Source: Rebecca billardiae RCC1528
Lineage: Eukaryota > Protista > Haptophyta
Direction of reading: 5' to 3'
Assembly (NCBI GenBank): GCA_965240325.2
Contig: OZ251239.1
Span: 930,001 to 994,000 of the forward strand
Length of the DNA stretch: 64,000 bases
The notes beneath the pieces were generated by a model. The model made no database searches. It saw only the letters and a list, made by a program, of their open reading frames with translations, and was not told the DNA's origin. A program made the position numbers and the translations under genes. Positions 23,094 through 34,500 of this stretch are shown here, piece after piece. Position 1 is the stretch's first letter; every line of letters begins with the position of its first letter.

Positions 23094-24378
23094 ATGGACG
23101 GTCCGGCCGAGGCGCCCTCCGCGGCGCCCGACGCGCCCACATCCGCCGAGCCCGCCGCCCGCCGCTCCACCCGCCGCCCCGTGCCCAAGGCGCCGCACGA
23201 CGCGTCGCCGGTCGCGAGCAGCGCCCGGCGCACGGCCGGCGGCAGCGCCAAGCGCGAAACGTCCGAGCGCGGCGCGCGCTCGGCGGCGGGCGGCGGCGCG
23301 CACGAGGCGGACAGCTCGCAGCCGCCACGCAAGCGCCTGCGCGCCACGCTCTTCCCGTCCGGTGCCACGCCCGCCGCGGGCGCCGACGGCGGCGGCGCAT
23401 CCGGCGCGCCCGGCGCCGCCGACGCCCACGCGGACGCGGGCGGCAGCGGCGACGACGCGGGCGCGGCTGGCGCTTGTGCCGGGGGCGCGGCGCGCGCGGC
23501 CACGAGTGGCGCCGTGCCGCCAGCGGGCACGCCCGCGGTGACGCCCACCACCACGCCGCGGCGTAAGGGCGGCGGCGGCGGCGGCGGCGCCAAGGCGGCC
23601 GCGAGCGGCGGCGGCGGCGCGCGCCGCGGCGGGCACGGGCCGCGCAAGTCGCACGCGCTCGAGGAGGACGAGCTGCTCCGGCAGCGCGGGCGGGGCAAGC
23701 GCGCCAGCCCCAAGCCCACGCCGCGCGCCGCGGCCGACGCCGCGCCGCCGCAGCCGCAGCCGCCGCAGCCGCAGCCGGGCGCGCCCAGGCCCCGCGCGTC
23801 ATGTCCGCACCTCATTGACGCGCCGTGGGCGCGCGCGTACGCGGCGCTGCACCACCTGCTGTGCGCGCGGCCGCGGCGCTGGTGCTTCTACGAGTGGTTC
23901 TACGCGCCGATCGACCGCGCCTTCTTCAAGCCCGCCGTCTCCGACTTCCAGGCCTGCCTGGCCGAGTGCGGACTCGGCCACGTGAGTCGACTCACGCGCG
24001 CTGAGTGGTCGTTCGTGCGCGCGCTCATAGGGCGGCCGCGGCGCGCGAGCGCGGCGTTCTTCGCGGCGGAGCGCGGCCGGCTCGGCGCGCACCGCGCCGC
24101 CGCGCGCGCGCGCGGCGTCGGCCGCCTCGCCGTCGGGCAGCGCGTCCTCGCCTTCCACCCGCGCGTGCGGCAGCTCCACGCGGGGGCCATACTGACCCCG
24201 GCAGGTGCAGGCTACAAGGTGCAGTTCGCACGGCACGAGCTGGGGGTGCAGACGGTCGGGGACCACCTGCTCGACGCGGAGGAGGAGGCGTCCGCGCTGC
24301 CGCCCGGCGGCGCAGCACTCGGCGCCGGCGGCGCGGGCGCGCTCGCGTACGCCGAGGTCGGCTTCGAGTGCGCGCTGC

Positions 24379-24415
<37 letters not shown>

Positions 24416-25945
24416 GGCGCGGCGCGGCGCCGCTTCGCTTGGCGAGCTGGGCGCGTGCGGCGGCGGCGTGTGCGCCACGCTGCCGGGCGGCGCGCACGCG
24501 TCCGCCGCGCGCGCCGCCGCGCGCACCGCCGAGCTCCAGCTCGGCCTCGAGGCGCGCCGCCTCCTCGAGCGCAAGCAGCTCACGCTTGCCGAGCTTGAAG
24601 CGACCAACGGCGCGGTCGAGTCGGGCGAGCTGGCGCTTGGGGCGGAGGAGGAGCGCCCGGCGCGCGCGGAGGACGAGGGGCAGGTGTGCGCGTGGACGGG
24701 CGGCGCTCCGTGCTGCGCAGGCTGCCGCCCCGCGCCCTCGCCAAGTGCTCGCGCTGCCGGCTCAGGAGCGCATGGCGCGCGCGCGCGCGCTGGCGGACGC
24801 GCGTGTGTGCGGGCGGGCGGGCGGGCGCGCCGACACGTCTGCGGGCGGCGGGCGTGTGCCGTGCTCACGCGCGCGCGCGCGACGCACGCTCCCGCGCGCC
24901 GCGCCGCGCGCCGGCGCGCAGGAGACGGCGCAGCCGCCCCGCGCTCCCAAGCCGGAGCCGGAGTCAGGCGCGGCCGACGGCTCCGCACAGCCGCCGCCGG
25001 CCGGCAGCGCGGGCGCTGAGGCGGCGGCGGGCACAGCGGGCGCGCCGCCCTCGGAGCGGCCCGCGGCGGCGGCGGCTGCCGCGGCCGAGGCGGACTCTGC
25101 AGAGACGGTGGCGGTCAAGTGCCACTACCACTGGCTGCTTGACTCGCTCGAGCGGACGAATGCGCAGCTGGAGCCTGTGCTGAGCAGGCTGCGCGCGGCG
25201 GCGCGCGAGCGCGCGCGCGCCGACGCGGCGGCCGCCGCGCTCGGCGGCGCGGGCTCGGGTGGCACGCCGCCGCGCGCCGTGAGCGAGCTCGCGCATCAGT
25301 GCTCCGCGTCGGCCGTCTCCATCGTGCAGGACGCGCTGCGCACCACCGCCGCGGCAGCGGCGGAGCAGCGCGCGCCCACGCCGCCCGCGGCCGCCGCCGC
25401 CGCCGCACCGATCAGCCTGCCCCCGATGGCCGAGCAGCTGGTGACGCAGTGCGTGGCGCTGCTGCTGCGCGTGCGCGCGCTCGCCGGCACCGACGCGGGC
25501 GCGGAGGACGTGCTGCTGCTCCTCGAGTCGAGCCTCGCCGAGATCTCGCCAAAGGTGCGCGCCGCGCACGCGCAAGCGCGCAAGCCCGGCGGCGCGGCCG
25601 AGCGGCGGGCAGCAGCGCGCCCTCTCACCGGAGTTGCCGGACACCGCCCGCCGCCCGCGCGACCCTGCGCGCCGCTGTGCGCCCTGGCCGCGCCGCCCGC
25701 CGCCCGCACGCGCGCAGGTCGGCGGCAACGCGGGCGTGTTCAGAGAGGTGCGCGCCGCGCTCTCGTCCATCTCGTCGCTGCTCAAGAGCGCAGCTGCCGA
25801 GCGCTCGGCGGCGGCGGAGAGCGCCGCGATGGTCGCCGCGGCGGGGCAACCACTGCCGCCGCCGCCGCAACATCAGCCCACGCGCGAGTCAGCGACAGCT
25901 GCCGGCGCGGCCGGATCGCCGCAGCAGTGTCAGCCGTTTGCCTAG
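23094..25945 (+). CDS. LIN9: LIN-9/ALWAYS EARLY homolog (DIRP plus Tudor-like), DREAM/MuvB complex. Exons 23094-24683, 24922-25554, 25718-25945 (~816 aa)
   Basis: RRWCFYEWFYAPIDRAFF..FQACL..LTRAEWSFVRALIGRPRRAS.AFFAAER, then LAVGQRVLAFHP..LHAG.IL..YKVQF. Two phase-0 GT-AG introns. Confidence 0.9.
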
Positions 25946-26237
25946 CGCAGATATATATATAGCAGTCGTCGTCTAGTAGCAGATAGTCGTCTCTCTCTCT
26001 CTCTCTGATGCTACTCTCTCTCTCTCTCGAGGCGCGTCGTCAGCAGACGTCAGCTGACTCAGCTGATGTCACGATGAGTCGTACGACGACGACGACGTAG
26101 TGATTCGCGAATACACAGACGCGACGACGAACGAGTCGAACGACAGCGCACTACTGAGTACGACTGAGCTTGCTGACTTGCGCCCTGCTTGCGCGGGCCA
26201 TCACTGGAGCCATCGTCAGGCGCGCATGGGCGGGCCA

Positions 26238-29200
26238 TCAGGTCGGCGACAGGGCCGCGGCGCGCGCTGGCGGCAGCCCCGGCTGCGCGCGTAGCCTTGG
26301 CGTGATGGGCTGCCATGTCGGGGCCGCTATGTCCGGCAGGCTGAGCGAGGCGGGGAGCGGAGGAGGGAGGCTGCCGCCGTGCAATCGATGGCGGCTGTGC
26401 GCTGCGGGCGAGGGCCTGGCGGAGGGGCGCTGCTGCGTGCGCGGGCTCAGCTCGGCGCCCTCGGCGCCCTCGAGCGCGCTCGCCTCGGCGTCGTTCGCGC
26501 GGCGGTACAGCGCCTCCGCCTCCTCGCCGTCGCCCAGCTCCCGCAGCGCGTCCGCGAGGCCGCGCATCGACGCGATCGTCTGCGGGTCGCTCTCGCCCAG
26601 GGCCTTGCCGCGGCCGTCGAGCGCGCGCCGGTGCAGCGTCGCCGCGTCGCCGAGCCGGCCGGCGGCGTGGTGCGCGTGCGCGAGGTTCGATGCGGAGCTG
26701 AGCGTGTGCGGGTGCTCGTCGCCGAGCGCCTCCTCTCGCGCGCGCAGCGCGCGCAGCCGCAGCGCCGCCGCCTCGTCCAGCCGTCCGCGCGCGTGCAGCA
26801 CCGCAGCCAGGTCATCGACCGACGCGAGCGTCTCGGCGTGGTCTGGCCCAAGGATGCGCTCGCGCGCCGAGAGCGCGCGCGCGTGCAGCGCCTCGGCCTC
26901 GTCAAGCTCGGCGTGCGCGTGCAGCGCGGCGGCGAGCGCGCTGAGCGCGTCGAGCGCCTCCGCCTCCTCCGCGCCCAGCGCGCGCTCCCGAGCCTCGAGC
27001 ACGCGCCGGCGCACCGCCACCGCCTCGGCCGCGCGCCCGTCCTGCGGCTCGAGCAACTCGGCGAGGGCGCACGCGATCGCGAGCGTGTCAGCGTGGTCGG
27101 CGCCGCGCGCGGCCTCGGACGCGCGGAGCGCGCGGCGGTACGTCGCCTCGGCCTGCTCGAGCCGGCCGTTCGCCGCGAGCACGGCCGCGAGCGCGCCCAT
27201 CGTCCCCACCGTCTCCGCGTGCGCCTCGCCGAGCGTGCGCGCCTGCGCGTCGAGCGCGCGCGTGAGCATGGCTTCCCCGTTGGCCACCTCGCCGGCGGCG
27301 TGCGTGGCGAGGGCGAGGGCGGAGAGCGAGCGCAGCGTGTCCGCGTGCTCGGGGCCGAGCGTGCGCTGCCGCGCCTCGAGCGTGCGCCTGTGCAGCGCCG
27401 CCGACTCGCGCAGCCGGCCCACCGAGTGCAGCATCGCCGCGAAGTTGCTCGCCGTCCGCAGCGTGAGCGCGTGCTCAGCGCCGAGCGTGCGCGTCTGGCG
27501 CTCGAGCGCGCTCGTGTACAGCGGCTCGGCCTCGTCGGAGCGGCCCTGCGCGTCGAGGACGCACGCGAGGCTGGAGAGCGTGCCGAGCGTGTCGGCGTGC
27601 TCCGCGCCCAGCGTGCGCTCCGACGCGCCCAGCGCGCGCCGGTGCAGCGCCTCCGCCTCCTCGAGCTGTCCCATCGCGTGCAGCACAGATGCGAGGTCGG
27701 TGCACGCCGCGAGCGTCTCGGGATGCTCGGCGCCGAGCGCGCGCTCGGAGGCGGAGAGCGCGCGGCGCTGGAGCGCGGAGGCCTCGTCGAGCCTGCCCTG
27801 CGCGTGCAGCACCGCCGCGAGGCTGCTCAGCGACGCGATCGTCTCCGCGTGCTCCAGCCCGAGCGAGCTGTGCGCCGCCTCGAGCGAGCGGCGCTGCAGC
27901 GCCGCCGCCTCGTCCAAGTCGCCGCCGGCAAAAAGGGCCGCCGCGAGGTTGTTGACCGACGAGATGGTGCGCTTGTGGCTCGGGCCGAGGTGGCGCTCGC
28001 GCGCGCCGAGCGCGCGGCGGTACAGCGCCTCCGCCTCGCCCAGCTGCCCCTGCGCGTACAGCACCGCCGCCAGCCCGTTCACCGAGTGCACCGTGTCGGC
28101 GTGCTCGGCGCCCAGGGCCTTGCCGCGGCCGTCGAGCGCGCGCCGGTGCAGCGCTGCCGCGTCGCCAAGCCGGCCGGCGGCGTGCAGGATGTGGGCGAGG
28201 TCGGAGGCGGCGGCGAGTGTGCTCGGGTGGTCCGGGCCGAGCGTGCGCTCCTCCGCCTCGAGCACCCGCCGCTGCATCGCCGCCGCCGCCTCGCCCTCGC
28301 CTCTCGCCGCGAGCACGCACGCAAGCGCGTGCGTCAGACCGAGCGTCTCCGCAGCCGTGGCGCCGGCCGCGCGCTCGCTCGCGCCCAGCGCGCGGCGCAG
28401 CAGCGCCTCGGCCTCCTCGAGCTCGCCGAGCGCGTGCAGCACGTGGGCGAAGCTGCTCAGGCTCCGCCGCGTCTCCGCGTGCTCCTCGCCCAGCGTGCGC
28501 TCGCGCGCCGCCGCCACCTTGCGCAGGTTGGCCGCGGCCTCGTCCAGCTCCCCGCGCGACTGCTGCACAGCCGCGATGCTCTCGACCGAGCTGAGCGTGA
28601 GCGCGTGCTCGGCGCCGACGGTGTCCTCCGCGGCCTCGAGGGCGAGGCTGTGCAGCCCCTCCGCGCCGTCGAGGTCGCCCTTCGCGTGCAGCACCGCGCC
28701 GAGCTCGTTCAGCGCGACCAGCGTGCTCGGGTGCTCGGGCCCGCACGAGCGCTCGAGCACGCGCACGATACGCCGGCGCAGCGCCTCGGCTTTGGCCAGC
28801 TCGCCCGCGGTGCCGAGCGCGCGCGCGACCTCGCGCGCGGCCTTGAGCGTGAGCGGGTGCTCGGCGCCGAGCGTGCGCTCGCGCGCGAGCATCACGTGGC
28901 GGGACAGCGCGCCTGCCTCCTCCAGCGCGCCGCGCGCCTGCAGCACCGACGCGAGCGCCGCGACCGTCTCGAGCGTGCGCGTGTGCTCGCGCCCGAGCGC
29001 GCGCTCGCGGCACGCGCGCGCGCGCCGCAGTAGCTCCTCCGCCTCGCCGAGCGCGCCGTGCGCGTGCAGCGCGGCGGCGAGGCTGCTGAGCGACTCGAGC
29101 GTGTCCGGGTGGCTCGTGCCCAGCGTGCGCTCGCGCGTCTCCAGCGCGCGGCGCAGCAGCGCCACCGCCGACTCGAGCTGCCCCGAGAGACGGAGGACCG

Positions 29201-30902
29201 AAGCCAAATCGCCTAGCGCCGCGAGTGTGTGCGCGTGCTCCGCGCCCAGCGTGCGCTCGCGCGCGCCGAGCACGCGGCGGTGCAGCGCCTCGGCCTCGCC
29301 GAGCTGCCCGCTCTCCGCCAGCACGTTCGCCAGGCTCGCCAGCGCGCTCAGCGTCTCCGCGTGCTCCGCGCCCAGCGTGCGCTCGCGGCCGAGCACGGCG
29401 CGGTCGAACAGCGCCGCCGCCTCGTCAAGCTCGCCGCGGTCGCGGAGAGAGGCGCCGAGCGCGACGACAGAGGCGAGGGTGTCGGCGTGCTCGGGGCCGA
29501 GCGTGCGCTCGCGCGCCTCGAGCGCGCGTCGGTGCAGCGCCGTCGCCTCGACCAGCCGCCCCTTCGCGTGCAGCACCGTCGCGAGCTGCTCGGTCGACGC
29601 GAGCGTGTCAGCGTGCGCGGCACCGAGCGAGGTGCGACGCGCGCCGAGCGCGCGCCGGTGCAGCGTCGCCGCGTCGTTGAGCTGGCCGAGCGCGTGGAGC
29701 ACGTTGGCGAGGCTGGCGAGCGAGCGGAGCGTCACCGGGTGCTCCGCGCCCAGCCTGCGCTCCCGCGCCTCCAGCGCCTCCTGGTGCAGCAGCGCCGATT
29801 CCTCGTATCGGCCCTGCGCGTACAAATTGCATGCCAGCTCGTACTGCAGGTCGGGGCCGGGCGCGGCCGGGCGCGCGCCCGCGACGCAGCGCGCGAGCGC
29901 GGCGGAGAGCGCGCGCGGGACGAAGGGGAGCGAGGCGAGCGTCGCCGCGCCCGCGCCGCGCACGCCGCCGCGCCGCCGCGCCGCGAGCCACGCGATGTGC
30001 CCGCTGAGAAGGGACTCGGCCTCGGCTAGCCTGCCGTTGGCGCGCAGAAGGTTCGCGGCCGCGCACGCGAGCTGCGAGTCGTCCGGCCGGGCGCGGAGGA
30101 GGCGCTCGGCCTCGGAGGCGAGCCACGCGCGCACCGCCGCCTGCGCGCCCTCCTCCACCCGCGCCATGCCGCCGGGCACCGCCGCCTGCGCGTGCAGCGC
30201 GATGCGGGCATGGTCCTCGCTGCGGCTCGCGCGCGCGCGCCGGATCGAGAGAGCGGACACGGCGGCGAGCATCTGCGCGAAGTGGTGCGCGAGCGCGTGG
30301 TCGAAGCGCTCGCGCTCGCGCGGCGGCATGTGCATGCTCACGCCCTTCCCGCGCAGCGCGCACGTGCCCAGCTCGAGCAGGCACCACGCGCGGCTGAGCA
30401 GCACCGGCTGTGACCACGGCCACAGCAGCGCGACCGCGCGCTCCGCCGCGTCGATCGCGGGCGTCAGGCAGGACTCGAGGAAGCCGTCGCGCAGCGGCTC
30501 GGCCCACTGGCTGCTCATCAGCAGGCACGTCCACACGCACTCGTCGTCGCGCACCGCCTCCTCCAGCGCCGCGACCACGTCGCCGAACGCGTGCTGCCAC
30601 GGAAAGAGCGCGAACACAACGCCCGTCCGGCCGACGCGCGAGGCGGGCAGCGTGGCGAAGTACGAGGTGCGGCCGGGTTTGGTCATCGGCTTGACGATCT
30701 CGTGGCACACGTCCGTCACCGTCAGCGCCTCGCCCGCGGGGCGCACCTCGCCGCTCCACGGGCGCACCCACGTGCCCGCGATGCTTTGGCGCGCGGCCGC
30801 CCAGTGCGCGAGCTCGCGAAGCACGTCGATGCGCACGCCGCGGCCGGCGGTGGAGGCGGTGGTGAGCGTGCGCGCGGGCATCTTCGGCGGCGGGCCCGTC
30901 AT
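26238..30902 (-). CDS. TIR/HET-like domain plus ~26 KLC-type 42-aa TPRs, 1554 aa, intronless
   Basis: LTVTDVCHEIVKP and ALLWPWSQPVLLSRAWCLLE match the protein at 1343-3964. Repeats LAxVLHAxGxLxEAxALHRRALxARERTLGAEHxxTL. Confidence 0.87.
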   Translation of the reverse strand: MTGPPPKMPARTLTTASTAGRGVRIDVLRELAHWAAARQSIAGTWVRPWSGEVRPAGEALTVTDVCHEIVKPMTKPGRTSYFATLPASRVGRTGVVFALFPWQHAFGDVVAALEEAVRDDECVWTCLLMSSQWAEPLRDGFLESCLTPAIDAAERAVALLWPWSQPVLLSRAWCLLELGTCALRGKGVSMHMPPRERERFDHALAHHFAQMLAAVSALSIRRARASRSEDHARIALHAQAAVPGGMARVEEGAQAAVRAWLASEAERLLRARPDDSQLACAAANLLRANGRLAEAESLLSGHIAWLAARRRGGVRGAGAATLASLPFVPRALSAALARCVAGARPAAPGPDLQYELACNLYAQGRYEESALLHQEALEARERRLGAEHPVTLRSLASLANVLHALGQLNDAATLHRRALGARRTSLGAAHADTLASTEQLATVLHAKGRLVEATALHRRALEARERTLGPEHADTLASVVALGASLRDRGELDEAAALFDRAVLGRERTLGAEHAETLSALASLANVLAESGQLGEAEALHRRVLGARERTLGAEHAHTLAALGDLASVLRLSGQLESAVALLRRALETRERTLGTSHPDTLESLSSLAAALHAHGALGEAEELLRRARACRERALGREHTRTLETVAALASVLQARGALEEAGALSRHVMLARERTLGAEHPLTLKAAREVARALGTAGELAKAEALRRRIVRVLERSCGPEHPSTLVALNELGAVLHAKGDLDGAEGLHSLALEAAEDTVGAEHALTLSSVESIAAVQQSRGELDEAAANLRKVAAARERTLGEEHAETRRSLSSFAHVLHALGELEEAEALLRRALGASERAAGATAAETLGLTHALACVLAARGEGEAAAAMQRRVLEAEERTLGPDHPSTLAAASDLAHILHAAGRLGDAAALHRRALDGRGKALGAEHADTVHSVNGLAAVLYAQGQLGEAEALYRRALGARERHLGPSHKRTISSVNNLAAALFAGGDLDEAAALQRRSLEAAHSSLGLEHAETIASLSSLAAVLHAQGRLDEASALQRRALSASERALGAEHPETLAACTDLASVLHAMGQLEEAEALHRRALGASERTLGAEHADTLGTLSSLACVLDAQGRSDEAEPLYTSALERQTRTLGAEHALTLRTASNFAAMLHSVGRLRESAALHRRTLEARQRTLGPEHADTLRSLSALALATHAAGEVANGEAMLTRALDAQARTLGEAHAETVGTMGALAAVLAANGRLEQAEATYRRALRASEAARGADHADTLAIACALAELLEPQDGRAAEAVAVRRRVLEARERALGAEEAEALDALSALAAALHAHAELDEAEALHARALSARERILGPDHAETLASVDDLAAVLHARGRLDEAAALRLRALRAREEALGDEHPHTLSSASNLAHAHHAAGRLGDAATLHRRALDGRGKALGESDPQTIASMRGLADALRELGDGEEAEALYRRANDAEASALEGAEGAELSPRTQQRPSARPSPAAHSRHRLHGGSLPPPLPASLSLPDIAAPTWQPITPRLRAQPGLPPARAAALSPT

Positions 30903-31028
30903 CGCCGCCCCGGGCCGCGTGGACAGGGCTCACGAGTACTGGTAGTAGTACGTATCTGCCCCGGCCCCTTCCAGACGACGGCGAGAAGCCCGAGGAGGTG
31001 GGATCCGCGGCGGATCGCGTTGAATCTA

Positions 31029-31518
31029 GGGAAAACCCCGGAAGTCCGACGAGGACCGACCGAGCAACCAGAACTCCGACAAACCTCCGCATCTCAGCAC
31101 GGCGATTTCCGGACTGGCACCCCCGCCAGTTTTCCGACGGCCAGAAGCTTCGGGAGCGAGCAAATGGCGCCGCTCGCCCGCAACGCGGAAGATACCGCTC
31201 GCGGCGAACCGGCGCGAACGCCCGCCTTGTATTCGGGCGGAGTACCCTAATGAGCGGGGGTGGGCACTTTCGTATTGCGCGCAGCCTGACGCCCACCCGC
31301 GACGAAACGACGCCGTCGACTCCTCCCGCCCGGACCGCCGCCGGAACGTTGCTCGTCAATTAGTTAGAGAAATGCGACGCCGGGGGGCGCGCCGCAAAAC
31401 TTGCTCCCGAGCTCGCCACGAGGGACGATCGATGCCTCGCACGACGTTAAGGGGGTACGCCTGCCACGCGCGCGGGCGTCGTGCGCGCGCCGCGTGGTCG
31501 CGCGCGGCGCATCGCGCG
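31029..31518 (+). repeat. Left TIR of the MULE
   Basis: Reverse complement of 48305-48794, near-identical except for a 13-nt block (31426-31438) and a few substitutions. Confidence 0.93.
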
Positions 31519-34500
31519 CGCGTGTGTCTTCGTTCGCGCGCGCGGCGTGCGCTCGCGCATGTCGTCACGCCGTGCGTTCTGCGTCGTTGCGCGGCGTCGT
31601 GCCCGCGTGCCGCGCGCAGGCCGCCGCCGCCTGCGGGGACGACTCCGACTGCGACGAGCTTCGCGAACGGGGCTGCTGTGGACGTGGTGTACGAGCAGGG
31701 TGCACCGGCAGTCCGTGCTGTGGTCGCGGCGCTTGGGGTCGGCGCACACGGGCGAGTGCAGACGTACGTCCTCCGGGCTGCCGAGGGAGTGTCTGCTCAT
31801 GCGTGGGCTGCGGTCCCTGGCGACACCGTCGGTGCGTCCGCGGATGGAACAGTCGAGGGCGCAGGCTCGTTGAAGAGGGTGCCAGCGGCGCACGTGCGTG
31901 CGCCGCCCGCCGGCGAGCAGTGCGCCGAGCAGGGGCAGGGCGCCGAGCAGGGCGCCGAGCAGGGCGCCCTGCTCGGCGCCCTGCTCGGCGCCGAGCCGGG
32001 CGCCGAGCAGGGCAAGCAGGCCGCCGAGCAGGGCGCCGAGCCGGGCGCCGAGCCGGGCGCCGAGCAGGGCGCCGAGCAGGGCGCCCAGCCGGGCGCCGGG
32101 CAGGGCGCCGGGCAGGGCAAGCAGGCCGCCGAGCAGGGCGCCGAGCCGGGCGCCGAGCAGGGCGCCGAGCAGGGCAAGCAGGGCGCCCAGCCGGGCGCCG
32201 GGCCGGGCGCCGAGCCGGGCGCCGAGCAGGGCAAGCAGGCCGCCGAGCAGGGCGCCGAGCCGGGCGCCGAGCAGGGCGCCGAGCAGGGCGCCCAGCCGGG
32301 CGCCGGGCAGGGCGCCGGGCCGGGCGCCGGGCCGGGCGCCGAGCAGGGCAAGCAGGGCGCCGAGCAGGGCGCCGAGCAGGGCGCCGAGCAGGGCGCCCAG
32401 CCGGGCGCCGGGCATGGCAAGCAGGCCGCCGAGCAGGGCACCGAGCCGGGCGCCGAGCAGGGCGCCGAGCAGGGCGCCCAGCCGGGCGCCGAGCAGGGCG
32501 CCGAGCAGGGCGCCGACGGCCGGCCGGCCCGCCACGGCAGCACGCGCGTGGGCGGCGGCAGCTACGCCGCCCAGGGCATCCAGCAGGAGGCTGCGGGGCA
32601 GCGCGGCGCGCAGGGGGCGGCTCACCACAACGGGCGCGGCGGCGTGCGGACGCGGGCCATGCGCCGCCAGCCGCCACTTGCGCCACCCGCCGAAGCGCTG
32701 CCCGGCGTCACCTCGGCGCCGGCGCCGCCGTCGGCGCCGACGGCGGTCGCAGGCGTCACGGCGGCGCCGGCGGCGCCGCCTGCGGCCGCCGGCGGCCCCG
32801 CGACAAGCGACGAACGCGCCGAGCCGCCACGCGCACCCGTCGCAACGCTGGCGCCGGCGCCGCCGCCGCCGCCGGCGCCGACGGCGGTCGCCGGCGTCAC
32901 GGCGGCGCCGGCGGCGCCGCCTTCGGCCGCCGGCGGCCCCGCGACAAGCGACGAACGCGCCGAGCCGCCACGCGCACCCGTCGAAACGCTGGCGGGTGCC
33001 ACCGGCGTCACCGCGGCGGCGCCGGCGCCGCCGCCTGCGGCCGCCGGCGGCCCCGCGACGCGCGCCGAACGCGCCGAGCCGCCACGCGCACCCGCCGAGG
33101 CGCCGGCGGCTGCCACCGGCGTCACCGCGGCGGCGCCGGCGCCGCCGGCGCCGGCTGCGGCCGCCGACGGCCCCGCGGGCGTCAACTCAGATGACGCCGG
33201 TGGTGCTGCCTCGGGCGAGGTGGCACGGGCGGCGACGGCGTCGACCGCGACGCGCGCCGAACGCGCCGAGCCGCCACGCGCACCCGCCGAGGCGCGGGCG
33301 GCTGCCACCGGCGTCACCGCGGCGGCGCCGGCGCCGCCGGCGCCGGCTGCGGCCGCCGACGGCCCCGCGGGCGTCAACTCAGATGACTCCGGTGGTGCTG
33401 CCTCGGGCGAGGTGGCACGGGCGGCGACGGCGTCGATGGGTGGAGCGGCGGCTGGCGCAGCGGGGTCGCACTCCCATGCACCACAGCAGGCGCCCGCCGC
33501 CGCGCAACCCGGCGGTGGCGGCCACGCTGACGACGGCGGCGGCGTCTACGGCAGCGGCGACGGCGGCTCACGCGAGCTGTTCGCGATGAGCGATGTCTTG
33601 CAGCACGTGGATCATTTCTTCAGCGGCATCTACGGGAAACGCCGGAGGTTCGGCGGAGACACGCCCGCCGCGCCGGCGCAGGCGCACGCGCACGTGCTGG
33701 TGCGCCCCAGCGCGGTGGCGGATGCGGACGCGCGGACGACGAAGCACGGGCCGCAACCGAACAACGGCCGATTGGTGCCGGCCATCCTCAGGTTCAACCG
33801 CGCGTTCGCGTCACGGCATCTCGGCGGCGGCGGCGGCACGGTCCGCGTGGTGAACGTGGTGTGCGATGCCACGAACAACAAGCACTTCGGCGTGCTCACG
33901 GATGCCGACGCTGTGCGCGAGCTGTGCGCCTCGGGCGCCTTGTACACGCGCAGCGAGGTGGACGATGCGGTGCGCGAGTTCTACGCCGGCGCCGCCGCGA
34001 GCGTCGGCGGCTCTGTCTCTGAGCTCGCCCTGCGCGCAGCAGGCGAGCACTTCGGTGTGCACGGCCCGTTGCCCTACGTCCTCGACGCGGACGTGCGAGT
34101 CGCCTTAGCGGACGCTGAGGCCGACGACGATGGCGTCGCAGGCGGCGACGCGCCCTGGGTTCACCGGGCGCTTGCGTTGCCCTCGATGCGGCGCTCGGGA
34201 CAGGCGGTGTTCGGCCTCCCCGCCGTGGTTGCACAGGCGCCCTCCTGGTGCGCGCTTGTGCCCACGCCGCTGCGGGCGCCCGCTGAGCAGGGGACGTCGC
34301 CTTTGCTGCACGCCGCCGTGGCCGTGGTGGACTACCGGTCCGTGGACACCGACGACACCGACGAGTCGGAGCCCGTCGTCGGCGCGCACGCGTACGCCAT
34401 CCGCTTCGAGAAGGGCTGGCGCCTCCTCACCTTCGCCACGCGGCCGCCCAGTGGTGCGGCGGGCGCGATGACGGCTGCGACGTGCACGGACCTCACGGTC

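Noticed and set aside
29608-31359. ORFs beginning MTSNVPAAVRAGG at both 31359 (-) and 48464 (+) as duplicated genes
   Set aside because: They are translations of the two TIRs, not proteins.
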